From positions 24,235 to 88,234 of the forward strand of contig RQSC01000152.1 of the NCBI GenBank assembly GCA_013416795.1: 64,000 bases of DNA. The letters are read 5' to 3'. Below, in pieces: positions 32,664-43,183 of the stretch. Within the stretch, counting starts at the first letter, position 1. The number at the start of each line of letters is the position of its first letter. The notes below the pieces were generated by a model that was not told where the DNA came from, ran no database searches, and was given only the letters and a program-made list of their open reading frames with translations. A program made the translations under genes and the position numbers. Source of the DNA: Prasinococcaceae sp. CCMP 1430 (Eukaryota > Plantae > Prasinodermophyta).

Positions 32664-33453
32664 CGACGACGCGAAGTTGCGCCTTGTGGCCTCGTGCCCG
32701 CATGCAGCCGCGGGACCTGCACTACGAAGTATACCGCGCAGTGCGGACAGAGCGACGCAGTGCGAGCGGCGTGGACACGCAGCCACCGCTGACCGGGCCA
32801 GCGACGGCCGTTGCGGGACGTCGCCTTCCGTGCGTGCTCCGACCCGCACCCTCGCGTGCGTGCCGTGTGGCGCGCACCGCACCCGCGGCACGCTGCCGTC
32901 GCGATCCGTAGGCGGCGCGCAAAAAAGCGCGCAGCGAGGCTGCGTGCGGAATATAATGCCCCGCCCGTCAGCAGCGCGGCGTGCCTCGCCGCGCCTCGCA
33001 GCGCCTCGCGGCGCGGCACGCACCTTGACCCCGCCCCCGCCGTCGCAGGCATCCTCCCCCTGGTGGCGGCGGCCGCGCCCCACACCAGCTGAGCCCCTGA
33101 GGCACGCCTCGGCCCCGCGGCCGCGCCAAGGGCGGACCCAAACCAACAAAGAGGCGCCCGACGGCGCCCCGTACCATCATATGGTACACAGCCCGGAAAA
33201 GTCCACTCCTCCGGGGCGCCAATCTGACCCTGTTTGATGGCCGGCGCAGAGCGAATGCCGCGAGTTAGGCGGCTGCAGAGGCTCAACGTCGAGGTTTATG
33301 ATACCACGGGCCTGGCGCATGTTCGCGTTCGCGCACATTCGCGGTCGCGAGCGTCGCGTTCGCGAGCGTCGCGCTCGCGTTCGCGTTCGTGCGCATGCGC
33401 GCGCGCACGTGCGAGGGGCAGGCGCGAGGCCGCAAGGGCGCGTGCGGCCTTGC

Positions 33454-34710
33454 TCATGGGCTCTGCTCCTCGTCGACGACGATGAAGTCCAGCCACGCCT
33501 CGTCGCCCTCCCCGGCGCGCAAGTCGAAGGCCTCCACGCACACATGGCCGCCCGCGGCCGTGCGCAGCGCGTCCCCGAAGCCACCCTCGCCGCCCTCGTG
33601 ATCGTCACCCTCGCCATTGTCATCAGCCGCCGCACCGCCGCCCGCCGCCGCAGTCTTGCGTGCGTCCGGCGGTGCGGCCGCAGCTGCGGCCGCGGCGGCG
33701 TGCGCGGCTGCGCGTAGCTCGGGAGGCACACTCACGGCAGCCCCGCCCGCGACAATGGCAACCCACGCGGCCGCGCCGCCCCAAAGGGACAGCCTCGGAA
33801 GGGCATCGACGAGGGCGCACGCGGTGGACTCAATGCCGCCATCGCCGCCGATGTCAACGTCTCCAACCAGGTCCTCCGCGCTTTGCAACGCGCCTGCGAG
33901 CGTCAGTCGAGGTCGCCGTCGCCCTGCGCCCTGCGCGGCGCCGTCGCGCCCCGCCGATGCCGAACCACGCAGCACGTGCAGCGAGAGGACGCGGCCAACG
34001 CCAAAAGGCGCGGTGCTGCTAATGAAGGGGTGTGCGCGTAGCGCAGGGTGGGATGACGTGTCAGCACGCGCCAGCGCCAGGGCGATTGGTGCACGCGAGC
34101 GAGACGCGCCCGCACTCGACGCGCGAGCGCACCTGCTCACGTCTGCATCCTTTGCCTGTGCGAAAAAGCTGCGCATGCGGTCACTGCATGCGAGCGACTC
34201 GCGCGCTGCTCGCGCCAGCGGGCCACCGAGGAATTCGAGCAAACACCCGCTCGACCGCTTCGCCGAGCCCAACCGTCGCCGCGCCGCGAGGCGCCGCGCG
34301 CGCGCCGAGCATGCCGCGGAACGGGCCGCCCCGAGTGCGGTGCGCTCTGTGGGTGCGTCGCCTCCCTCCTCAGGGGCGCTGGCCTGCTCGCTCGCGCGCT
34401 CTCCCACGTCGCCTTTGCGAGGGCTCTCACTCGCGTGGCGATCGCTATCGGCCTCGCCGCTATCTACATGGTCGGTGTCCGCGCCGGCTCGCCCACCCCC
34501 CGGCTCGTTCGCCTGCGCACTCCCGCGCTGCACATGCCGGGGCAGCAGCACGCACGCGAGAGCGCGCGCTGCCGCTGCCACCTCCGGCGGAGCACCGCGA
34601 GGCACCAGCCAAGGCGCGAGAGCTGTGGCAGCCTCTGTCGTTGCCGCCCCGGCCATCTGGCCCGCCAGGCCCTGCGGTGGCAGCGGCGCTCGTGTGGGCT
34701 CGGGCGCCAT
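33454..34710 (-). CDS. hypothetical Ala-rich protein, probable in-frame intron ~34019-34132
   Basis: Long ORF with protein-like segments (FLGGPLARAARESL; ALVDALPRLSLWGG; VEAFDL...WLDFIVVD), candidate donor gtgcgc and branch CTGAC. Confidence 0.45.
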   Translation of the reverse strand: MAPEPTRAPLPPQGLAGQMAGAATTEAATALAPWLVPRGAPPEVAAAARALACVLLPRHVQRGSAQANEPGGGRAGADTDHVDSGEADSDRHASESPRKGDVGERASEQASAPEEGGDAPTERTALGAARSAACSARARRLAARRRLGSAKRSSGCLLEFLGGPLARAARESLACSDRMRSFFAQAKDADVSRCARASSAGASRSRAPIALALARADTSSHPALRAHPFISSTAPFGVGRVLSLHVLRGSASAGRDGAAQGAGRRRPRLTLAGALQSAEDLVGDVDIGGDGGIESTACALVDALPRLSLWGGAAAWVAIVAGGAAVSVPPELRAAAHAAAAAAAAAPPDARKTAAAGGGAAADDNGEGDDHEGGEGGFGDALRTAAGGHVCVEAFDLRAGEGDEAWLDFIVVDEEQSP

Positions 34711-34889
34711 CGCGGTGTGCTGTGGCGCGCCGCGAGCGGCTCGCCCGCCTGCTCAGTGCCGAGTGATCAGCGACCCTGATTGCCACCTGGGGTCCGGACG
34801 TCCGATCTCAACAAAAAAAATCATTGGGTTAGGGTTTGTGGTAGGGTTCCATTCGCTGCTACCAAAGACTGGTGTGTCGTTGCTTTAGT

Positions 34890-36183
34890 CTAGAGAGTTG
34901 CTGCTCGTGCGACCCTGGACGCCTCGTCGTCCCCGAGCACAAGCGCCGCGAGACTGTCCACCACGCACACGCCAGGCGCACGCATCGCCTCCGCGTGGCT
35001 AGTAACGCCAGTCAATGCGAGCACGGTGGCACCACACCCCAGCGCAGCACCGAGCGCTGCGTCCGTGTCGAGCCGGTCGCCAATGCACACGCTCGTCCGA
35101 GGCTCAACGCCGGCAGCGCGCACGAGGTCGCACATGAGCTCCGAGGGCTTGCCACACACCGCATCAGGTGGCCGGCCGGTCACTGCTGTGATGTATGCCG
35201 CGAGAGCGCCAGCACCGGGCATCAATCTGACAGGGCGCGTGGGCGCGCGAGTAGACGCCCATTGCCTGCAGCGTCAGATGCGAGCACGCGTGATGCAGCG
35301 CACGCGTGTCGCGCTCGCTCGTCTGCCCTCTCTCTCGCGCACACGCATTCGAATGTGCACGCACCGTCCGCCCGGGAGCGCATCGCAGCTGTCGGCGTTT
35401 GTGAGGATATAATCGGCACCATCGCATATCGCCGCCGTCGCCTCGCACAGCTGGCGATAGGAAAAGTCGGCGGGGGCACCGACGACGACGGCGGCATAGC
35501 GCTGCGGCGCCAGCGTACTGAGCTCGGTGACGGGCATTGCAGCGGGCGCGGAAGGGTCGCGGCGGACAACCTTCCGCGGACGCGTGAACGAGCGCACATG
35601 AGCGTATGCGTGCGCGTCAGAGGCGAGCGAACCGGCCATGCCCACAGGCGGGCGCACTAGCACATGCGCCGCATCTCATGCACACGCGAACCTTGATCCC
35701 GGCTAGCTCGAGCTCCTCGGCGGTCCCTTCGTCCGCGAGCACGAGCACCTCGTCGGCCGGTGAAAGCGGCGGATCACGCACGCGCGCGAGGTAGTGCGCC
35801 GCTGCAAAGCTTGCCGTCACCACGTCGGTGTGTGCGTCGAGCTCGTCGGCGTCCAGCTGCATCAGCTCGGCGATCTTGAGGGCGGCGGCCGCTCGGCTCT
35901 TGGAGGAATTGTTGGTCACGAAGACGGTCCTCACGCCGGAGGAGCGTAGGGCTGCGAGCGCCTCGCGCGCTCCGGGGAGCGGCTCTGCGCCGCGCCACAG
36001 GACGCCGTCGCAGTCAAGCACGGCATGCGTTAGCTCTCGGAGCTCCGTGTGCCCGAGCCGCTGGAGGACCAGCTCGGCGCCGCGCGCCTCTGCGGTTCTG
36101 CGCGCGTCGGCGGCGCCGGCAGCGGCGGCGGGCGAGCCGCCGCTGCGCGCAGCGGGCGCGCGCGCCGCCGCGTGCCTACACAT
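34890..36183 (-). CDS. HAD-IIA phosphatase (phosphoglycolate/4-nitrophenyl phosphatase-like); introns ~35571-35691 and 35227-35364
   Basis: VLDCDGVLWRG (DxD motif I), VFVTNNSSKSR, ILTNADS, MPGAGAL, CGKPS and CIGDRLDTD. Confidence 0.9.
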
Positions 36184-36498
36184 CCGAGCGGCCCGCCCCG
36201 CCCCACCGATGTGCTTGAGTGTGCCGAGCGGGGCGAAGGCGGTGTGGCGGCGCTCGCTCGCTCGCTCGCGCCTTGGATAAGGACTTTCTACCCGAACCAT
36301 TTTAGGGTAGGGGTATTAAACAGGGTTCGAATCTGGGCGGTTCCGGTCCGGCCGCGATCGGTGGTGCCGCGAGCGAGCTGGCGCGACTGATCGCGCACCC
36401 GGGGAGAGCGGTTTATCAGCGCTGCGCTTCCCGTTTCGCTGGCGCGTTCCGCGATTTTTCCCGGCGCCCCCGACGGCGCACAGGTGTGCCACGCACCC

Positions 36499-39444
36499 AT
36501 GCGACACCGGCGCGAGCGCGCGGAAGCAATTTCGGGGGCGCGACGGGCCGCGCGCGGTGCGCCGCGGCACTCCGCGCGCGCCGAGCGCGCCCTCCTCCCC
36601 ACAGCGGTCGCCGCCGCGGCCGCCGCAGCGCTGCTTGCGGCGCCCCTCGGCGCTCGCGCGTTCAAGGCACACGAGTTCAAGAAGTGCGCCGACGCGGGCT
36701 TCTGCGCGCGCCACCGCGAGCGCGAGGCGCGCGCCGAGGGAGAGAGCTACAGGCTGGAGGCATGGAGGGGGGCGGGAGCGGGCACCCAGGCGGGCGCCCT
36801 GCCAGCAGCGGTGGGCGTCGTGCCCGCGGCCGCGCTCGACGGTGCGACGCTGCGCGCGTGGGTCGTCGATAGTGCCGGGGCGAAGCTTGCGCTCGACGTG
36901 ACGCCCTATGACGGCGGGTATGCGCGCGTGCGTCTGGACGAGGCGGAACAGCCTAGGTACCAGGTGCCCGACGTGCTCGCTGCCGACCTCGGCGCGCACG
37001 CAGCCGCACCGGCCGCGGGCGTGGTGACGACGGTGGCAGATGGCAGCGGCAGGCTCGTGACGATTGTCCCGCTACCTCCGAGTGCGGGGCGGAGCGGCAA
37101 CGGCCGCCCCTGCACTCTGCGGCTGGCGCACTCGCCGCTCGTTGTTGAGCTGTCGTGCGGCGGCGAGGCGCTCGTGACGCTGAACGCAGCCAACAGGCTC
37201 GAGTTCGAGCGCACGCGCGCGGAACCCGACCCGGATCGCGACGAGGAGGGCATGTGGGCGGAGACGTTCCGCGGGCACGAGGACACCAAGCCGCACGGGC
37301 CACAGGCTGTTGCGATCGATGTGGAGTTCCCGGGTGCAAAGCACATGTACGGCATCCCGGAGCATGCGACGTCACTGGCCCTCAAGCCCACGAAGCGCGG
37401 CGTCAGCGGCGAATCCCTAGGCGAGCCGTACCGCCTGTACAACCTGGACGTGTTCGAGTATCTTGCGGATTCGCCTTTCGGTCTCTACGGGTCCATTCCG
37501 CTGCTGCTCGCGCACTCGGCGCGCGGCGGCACGGCGGGCCTGTTCTGGTTCAACGCGGCCGAAATGTTCGTGGACGTGCACGAGCCGACCGACGCCGGAA
37601 GCAGCGCGCACTGGATGACCGAGTCCGGCGTGATGGATCTCTTCCTGTTCCCAGGCCCAGACATGGACGCCGTGTGGCGCCAGTACGCGCAGGTGACCTC
37701 GCCGACCTCGCTGCCGCCGCTCTTCGCGATCGCGTACCACCAATGCCGCTGGAACTACAAAGACGAGGCGGACGTCGCCGCTGTCGACGCCGGCTTCGAC
37801 GAACATGACATTCCGTACGACGTCCTGTGGCTCGACATCGAACACACCAATGGCAAGCGCTACATGACGTGGGACTCACGCCACTTCCCCAGCCCGCGCC
37901 GCATGCAGGAGGAGATCGCCGCCAAGCGCAGGCGCATGGTGACCATCGTGGATCCGCACGTCAAGCGCGACCCGGGCTTTCCCATGCACAAGGAGGCAAT
38001 GGAGAAGAATCTCTACGTCAAAGATAAGGCGGGCAAGGACTTCGATGGCTGGTGCTGGCCGGGCAGCAGCTCGTACCTCGACGTTGTGTCCAAGGAGGTG
38101 CGCGATTGGTGGGCGACCAAGTTCTCCTTCGAGGACTACGTGGGCTCCACTTCCAACCTGTTCATCTGGAACGACATGAATGAGCCCTCGGTCTTCAATG
38201 GTCCCGAGGTGACCATGCAGAAGGACAATCTGCACTGGGGCGGCGCCGTGGGCGACGCATCGTCGCAGGTCGAGCATCGTGACGTGCACAACGCGTTTGG
38301 CCTGTACTACCACATGGCGACCGCCGAGGGCTTGCGCCGGCGCAGCGAGGGTACGCAGCGCCCCTTCGTGCTCAGCCGTGCGTTCTTCTCGGGCACACAG
38401 AAGGTGGGGCCCATCTGGACGGGCGACAACACCGCCGACTGGGACCACCTCGCGGTTTCCATCCCAATGCTCACCACCCTGTCTCTCACCGGCCTGCCCT
38501 TCTCAGGCGCTGATGTGGGCGGCTTCTTCAACAACCCAGACGCCGAGCTGCTCACGCGCTGGTACCAACTGGGTACGTACTACCCCTTCTTCCGCGGCCA
38601 CGCCCACCAGGAGACAAAGAGGCGCGAGCCGTGGCTCTTCGGCGAGCCCTACACCGGGCACATCCGCGCGGCCATCAGGGAGCGCTACGCGCTGCTGCCG
38701 TACATATACACCCTCTTCTGGGGCGCGGCAAAGAATGGCACAGGCATCATGAACCCTATGTGGGTCGAGTTCCCGCAGGACGAGAGCACTTTTGCACTCG
38801 AGGACCAATTTATGATAGGAAGCAGCATCATGGTGGCGCCGGTCCTGAAGGCGGGTGTGAGCGCCGTGACGCCTGTCTTTCCCGCGGGCAGCACGTGGTA
38901 CCACTTTCCGTCGGGTGAGGCATTCCCGCGCGGTTGGGGCCGGGGCGGCAACACCGTGCGCGTGAATCTTGGCGACGTCCCGGTGTTCTACCGCGCCGGC
39001 GCGATTGTGCCTCGCCGCGAGCGCGCGCGTCGCTCCAGCGACGCAATGACGGCGGACCCGTACACGCTCATCGTCTGCGCCGACGATGAGGACAACGCTG
39101 AGGGCGTGCTCTACCTCGACGACGGTAGCAGCTACGCCTTCGAGCAGGGCGCGTACGCACTGGTGCGCTTCTCGCTGGCCCGCGAGTCGCCGACGCTGCT
39201 CAAGCTCAGCGGCGGGGTCGTGGATGGCACCCTTGACAGCGAGCTGTCCATCGAGCGCATCGTGCTCCTCGGCGTGGGAAGCGTCACCAAGGTGGCGCTC
39301 GCAGGCTCGGGCGAGGAGCTGACGTCGTTCTCGGGGCCTGCCCTCATGCGCACGGGCGTTCCGGCGAACGCTGTGGTCATCAAGAAGCCCGACGTCCGCG
39401 TCACCTCGTCGTTTGGGATTGACATCGAGGTCAAAGCATCTTAG
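36499..39444 (+). CDS. GANAB: ER glucosidase II alpha subunit (GH31)
   Basis: FKKCADAGFC after a signal peptide; YRLYNLDVFEY; WLDIEH; WNDMNEPSVFNGPE (nucleophile); WTGDN; FFRGHAH. Intronless. Confidence 0.95.
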   Translation: MRHRRERAEAISGARRAARGAPRHSARAERALLPTAVAAAAAAALLAAPLGARAFKAHEFKKCADAGFCARHREREARAEGESYRLEAWRGAGAGTQAGALPAAVGVVPAAALDGATLRAWVVDSAGAKLALDVTPYDGGYARVRLDEAEQPRYQVPDVLAADLGAHAAAPAAGVVTTVADGSGRLVTIVPLPPSAGRSGNGRPCTLRLAHSPLVVELSCGGEALVTLNAANRLEFERTRAEPDPDRDEEGMWAETFRGHEDTKPHGPQAVAIDVEFPGAKHMYGIPEHATSLALKPTKRGVSGESLGEPYRLYNLDVFEYLADSPFGLYGSIPLLLAHSARGGTAGLFWFNAAEMFVDVHEPTDAGSSAHWMTESGVMDLFLFPGPDMDAVWRQYAQVTSPTSLPPLFAIAYHQCRWNYKDEADVAAVDAGFDEHDIPYDVLWLDIEHTNGKRYMTWDSRHFPSPRRMQEEIAAKRRRMVTIVDPHVKRDPGFPMHKEAMEKNLYVKDKAGKDFDGWCWPGSSSYLDVVSKEVRDWWATKFSFEDYVGSTSNLFIWNDMNEPSVFNGPEVTMQKDNLHWGGAVGDASSQVEHRDVHNAFGLYYHMATAEGLRRRSEGTQRPFVLSRAFFSGTQKVGPIWTGDNTADWDHLAVSIPMLTTLSLTGLPFSGADVGGFFNNPDAELLTRWYQLGTYYPFFRGHAHQETKRREPWLFGEPYTGHIRAAIRERYALLPYIYTLFWGAAKNGTGIMNPMWVEFPQDESTFALEDQFMIGSSIMVAPVLKAGVSAVTPVFPAGSTWYHFPSGEAFPRGWGRGGNTVRVNLGDVPVFYRAGAIVPRRERARRSSDAMTADPYTLIVCADDEDNAEGVLYLDDGSSYAFEQGAYALVRFSLARESPTLLKLSGGVVDGTLDSELSIERIVLLGVGSVTKVALAGSGEELTSFSGPALMRTGVPANAVVIKKPDVRVTSSFGIDIEVKAS

Positions 39445-39859
39445 CGCTATAGGAGTCAACCTCATGCACACGCGATAACTATTAATTGGATGGGTGGTGT
39501 ACAAGTGAGCGCGAGCGCGAGCACAAGCACCCCTCCACCCCCACCCCACCCCACCTCACCCCACCCCATCCCACCCCTACGGCTGCGGCCCGGCCGCACC
39601 ACACGGGCGCGAGCGCGCGCGCACTGTGGCGCGCGCATGCCTTCGAACGAACTTGCTGCTGTTCAAATCCGCACATCGCGACAGGCTGAGGAGTGAAGAT
39701 CTTTTCGGCGCGACGGGGGCGGGAAAATGCGCACCGGCGCGGGGCGAGCGCGCAGGGGTGCGCCGCGAGGGCGGCGGGGCCACAGCGCGCGCGAGCGCGC
39801 CGCGCGGGGCGTCCCGCGCCCCGCGGGGCGTGAGAGAGGCACTGGTGGTGGCGACGGCC

Positions 39860-40723
39860 ATGCCGCCGTCGTCGCCGAAGCTCACAGCGGCCGTGAGCGC
39901 CGCGCGCGCGCGACGACGCAGCCGCCGAGAGCGGCGGCAGGAGCAGGAGCTGCAGGCACAAGTGCAGGCGCTGACGCAGCAGGGCGCGCTGCGTGGCGGA
40001 GTGCCAGCGGGCCACCAGCTGGTGGCAGCAAGACCCGAGTTGCCCGTGTCCACCAGTGCGAGCGAGGCTGAGATCGAGGACGATGCCAAGCTGGTGGCAA
40101 CCAAGGCGCGTTTGAGCATGCTCCTTGCGGAGCGTGCGCGGCGCAGGCACGAACCTGCGCTGAGAGAGGTGTTGCGCCGCGCCGTCGTCGCAGGCGCGTC
40201 GGCGACAGAGTCGGACACGGACGCAGCTGCGTACACCGCCTCCGAGACGGAACGCTCCGAGACGTCCTCCATCCGCACCATCTATGGCCGCAACGTGCCA
40301 CCGAACGCGCGACTGCCAGCAGCCACGACCGCGATGGCCCCGCCGCGTTTGCATGCTTCCAACGACCGACACCAAGCTCTCCCACCGCACCCGCCTCCCG
40401 CTCAGCAGCCGCAGCTGCAAGAACAGCACCGCAAGCACGAGCAGCAGCAGCTCATCACGGCGTCGCAGATGGCGCAGGGGACCGCCGAGGTGATACTGCG
40501 CGCCGTGGAGTGGGCGCGGGCCAACCCGGCGGCCGCGCTCGGCATTGCCGTGTGCGCGCCCATCGCAGCCGGCGCGGCGGTGCCGCTTATTGCGCTTTCG
40601 GCGCTCACGGGCCTCGTGCTCTCGCCAATCATCGTGCCGTCTGCTGTGTCGATGACCGTCGCCTACTACGGCGTGCGGTGGCTCAACGACGCCCCGCCAG
40701 CTGCTGGCGCCATGTACCCGTAA
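39860..40723 (+). CDS. hypothetical protein with a C-terminal ~50-aa hydrophobic hairpin (oleosin-like SPxxxP)
   Basis: Low-complexity N-terminus, then AAALGIAVCAPIAAGAAVPLIALSALTGLVLSPIIVPSAVSMTVAYYGV. Confidence 0.55.
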   Translation: MPPSSPKLTAAVSAARARRRSRRERRQEQELQAQVQALTQQGALRGGVPAGHQLVAARPELPVSTSASEAEIEDDAKLVATKARLSMLLAERARRRHEPALREVLRRAVVAGASATESDTDAAAYTASETERSETSSIRTIYGRNVPPNARLPAATTAMAPPRLHASNDRHQALPPHPPPAQQPQLQEQHRKHEQQQLITASQMAQGTAEVILRAVEWARANPAAALGIAVCAPIAAGAAVPLIALSALTGLVLSPIIVPSAVSMTVAYYGVRWLNDAPPAAGAMYP

Positions 40724-40831
40724 TTTTCTGTACACACGCGACACATTACTTTCTATTTCACATAAACCCACGGGCGATCTCTGACGTGTAGTCACAGGCC
40801 CGAGCACATCGAAACGCATTCGGGCGCGCTC

Positions 40832-42646
40832 TTGGCGGGAGCGCGCGCGCGAAAAGTGGGCGGCTGGCGCGCCGAGGGCGGCACTGCGCACGCGCCCAGC
40901 GGAGGGCGGCAGAGCGCCGCGGCGGTGGGAACGGGCAGCGCGGCCGCGTGGCCGGGTGCCAGCGCGCGGCCGCGCTTCGTGCCGAGCGATCGCATCGCGG
41001 TGGTCGACGACAGGCGCCGGCCACAGCCGCAAGCGCGACCGCCGCGCGAGGAAGATGTTCCACGCGCGCGGCCGCAGACGTCCTCGGTCGGCGTGAGCGC
41101 CAAGCCTGCGATGCGCACGGCGAGCGCGCAGGCTGTGCCGGGAACGGTGGCAGCGGCGACGCAGGCTGGCAGGCGTCGGTCCGATGCGTCGCAGCAGACG
41201 GAACGGCCAGTTCCTGCTGCGGCGCTCCGCGCTGAGGCCGAGGAGCTGCGCGCACGCTGCGAGGCGCTTGAAGCTGCGCTCGACGAGCTCACGGCCACGC
41301 GCTCGCCGCGGCGTGTGCCCGCTCCTGCTCGCCGATGCGCGCTGCTGCGGCATCGGCTGGCGCAGTACGAGCGACAGGTGGTGCGCTCGAGCGAGGTGGC
41401 GTCGGAGGGCCGTGCACTCGCTGCCGATGCGCACGCGGCGATCGCAGGCCTCAGCGAGCAGCTCTCGACGCTCGACGGAGCGGCGTCGCTGACCGCGGCG
41501 CGATGCAACGCGATGCGGCAGTGGTGTAGCGACGCCCTCTCGCGCATGGCGCAGAACGCCAAGGACCGTGCTGCGGCGGCCGCCGCTCGCGGCGAGGGCA
41601 CCTTCGGCACGCGCGTTTGTCCGCACGCGCGGGTGGTACCAGAGCGCGAGGATGCCGCAGCCCAGCAGTGGTGGGACACGCTCTTCGTCCCTGCCGGTGG
41701 CAACCGCTTCGTCGGCCCCCACGCGCAACGCTCTCCCACAGTGTGCGAGGTCGCGCGCGGGGAGGCGGTCGCAGGTGCCGCGCGCGCCGACGTTGCCACC
41801 GTGGAGGACGTGCTCTGTGACCTCGCCCCACGATTACGCAAGCTCAGCACGGTGCTTACTGCGTCCGTGGTGCCGTCGCTGGCATACGAGGTCGCAAGCA
41901 CCACCCGGAGCGAGGTCACGCGGGCGGCGGACGCAGCCGAGGAGGCTGCGGACGTGCTTGGCGAACTGACGGCGATCCTGCCTGCGAGAGGACTGCTACC
42001 GAATAGAGGCGTGCGTCATTCCGGTCCTCGAGGGGACCGCGCTCTGAAAGCCGCTTCGGAAGGGAGCGTCCTCGCAGAGGCGCTTGCTGAGCGCGACGCT
42101 CTGCGGGACGCCGTCGCTGCACTGCGCGATGATGCGCTGGCCAACAACGAGCACATGGCGGCGTACGCGGCTGAAATCAAGGAGCTTCGAGCGTCGACCG
42201 CGGCGATCGCCCAAAAGGTGCGCGACTCGCTACGGCATTCAGCGCGCACGCGCCTTCTCTGGGGCGCGAGAGAGCACGTGACACGCGCGCTGACACGATT
42301 GACGCGCCGAGTACAGGTTGTGGCCGCCCGAGGCGGCTGGCAGCAGCTCGAACCAAGTGCCACGCCTTCATCGCATGGCAAGCATGCCCAGGAGGAGGAG
42401 GAGGCCGCACAAGCCGCTGAGACTGAGGCTGTGGCCCTGGAAGCGGTGCTCGCCGCGCACGAGGCGCTGCTCTCGAGCCCTGGTCCAGAGGCCGTGCAGC
42501 GTCTGGTTGGCGCCATCAGCCGCCGAAAGGGCGCGCTGCTGGGCGCAGTGCATGGCGCTCGTGGCCGCGCCGGTCTCGACAGAGATGTCGTGGTCGGCGA
42601 GTTCGACGATGGCTCCATTCCTGGCCTGCTGACATACCGCCGCTGA
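40832..42646 (+). CDS. coiled-coil hypothetical protein, probable in-frame intron 42217-42315; start uncertain
   Basis: Heptads AEELRARCEALEAALDEL, RLAQYERQVV and LAERDALRDAVAAL. AAG|gtgcgc...gtacag|GTT. Confidence 0.55.
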   Translation: MAGARARKVGGWRAEGGTAHAPSGGRQSAAAVGTGSAAAWPGASARPRFVPSDRIAVVDDRRRPQPQARPPREEDVPRARPQTSSVGVSAKPAMRTASAQAVPGTVAAATQAGRRRSDASQQTERPVPAAALRAEAEELRARCEALEAALDELTATRSPRRVPAPARRCALLRHRLAQYERQVVRSSEVASEGRALAADAHAAIAGLSEQLSTLDGAASLTAARCNAMRQWCSDALSRMAQNAKDRAAAAAARGEGTFGTRVCPHARVVPEREDAAAQQWWDTLFVPAGGNRFVGPHAQRSPTVCEVARGEAVAGAARADVATVEDVLCDLAPRLRKLSTVLTASVVPSLAYEVASTTRSEVTRAADAAEEAADVLGELTAILPARGLLPNRGVRHSGPRGDRALKAASEGSVLAEALAERDALRDAVAALRDDALANNEHMAAYAAEIKELRASTAAIAQKVRDSLRHSARTRLLWGAREHVTRALTRLTRRVQVVAARGGWQQLEPSATPSSHGKHAQEEEEAAQAAETEAVALEAVLAAHEALLSSPGPEAVQRLVGAISRRKGALLGAVHGARGRAGLDRDVVVGEFDDGSIPGLLTYRR

Positions 42647-42723
42647 CGCGCGAGCGCAAACAGCGCAGCGCGGCGCGAGCAGCTCGCCGCGCGTCGCCCG
42701 GAAATACGGTGGACGGCGACTAA

Positions 42724-43157
42724 GGCCGTTTCTTAATAGGGTGAATCAATTTGGGAATAAGCGATTTATGCCCAAATTTATTCCCAGACCCCTTTCTTAA
42801 TAGCAGGAATAGCATAAATTCGGCCCAAAAAATTTATTCCCAACCGCGCGGGGGGAATAAATTCGCCGAATTTATTCCCAAACGGGGGGTGGGAATAACT
42901 TTGGGAATAAATTTTTTAATTCATTTTGATCTAGAGATAAACCCTCAAAACCGAAATGTCGGCGTCCTGGACCGTGACCCCAAACCCCCAGAAATGAAGG
43001 GCACCGACATATCAAAGATGCATATCAAAAATACATGTAAAAATTTATTCCTATTCCAGCTATTAAGAAAGCCCCCCCAGGAATAAATTTGGGAATAAAT
43101 TCTCGGCCGACGCCAGGATTTATTCCCAAAATTTATTCACCCTATTAAGAAACGGCC
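42724..43157. mobile_element. non-autonomous MITE, Tourist/PIF-Harbinger-like (434 bp)
   Basis: Terminal inverted repeats GGCCGTTTCTTAATAGGGTGAAT (42724-42746; reverse complement at 43135-43157), extending imperfectly into TTTGGGAATAA. TAA flanks both ends (42721-42723, 43158-43160). AT-rich interior in a ~70% GC genome; no transposase ORF. Confidence 0.9.
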
Positions 43158-43183
43158 TAATTGGACAAAAAATTACTGCGCAC

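Noticed and set aside
39482-41728. 748-aa minus-strand ORF and many similar long Arg/Ala/Pro-rich ORFs (e.g. 59230..61518, 33617..34888, 30622..32085, 7925..9205)
   Set aside because: They are antisense or alternate-frame shadows of well-supported genes. Stop codons are rare at ~70% GC and the products have no motifs.
42751-43086. 111-aa ORF inside the AT-rich island (possible transposase or foreign gene)
   Set aside because: It begins at TTG, has no DDE or other motif, and lies wholly inside the MITE.
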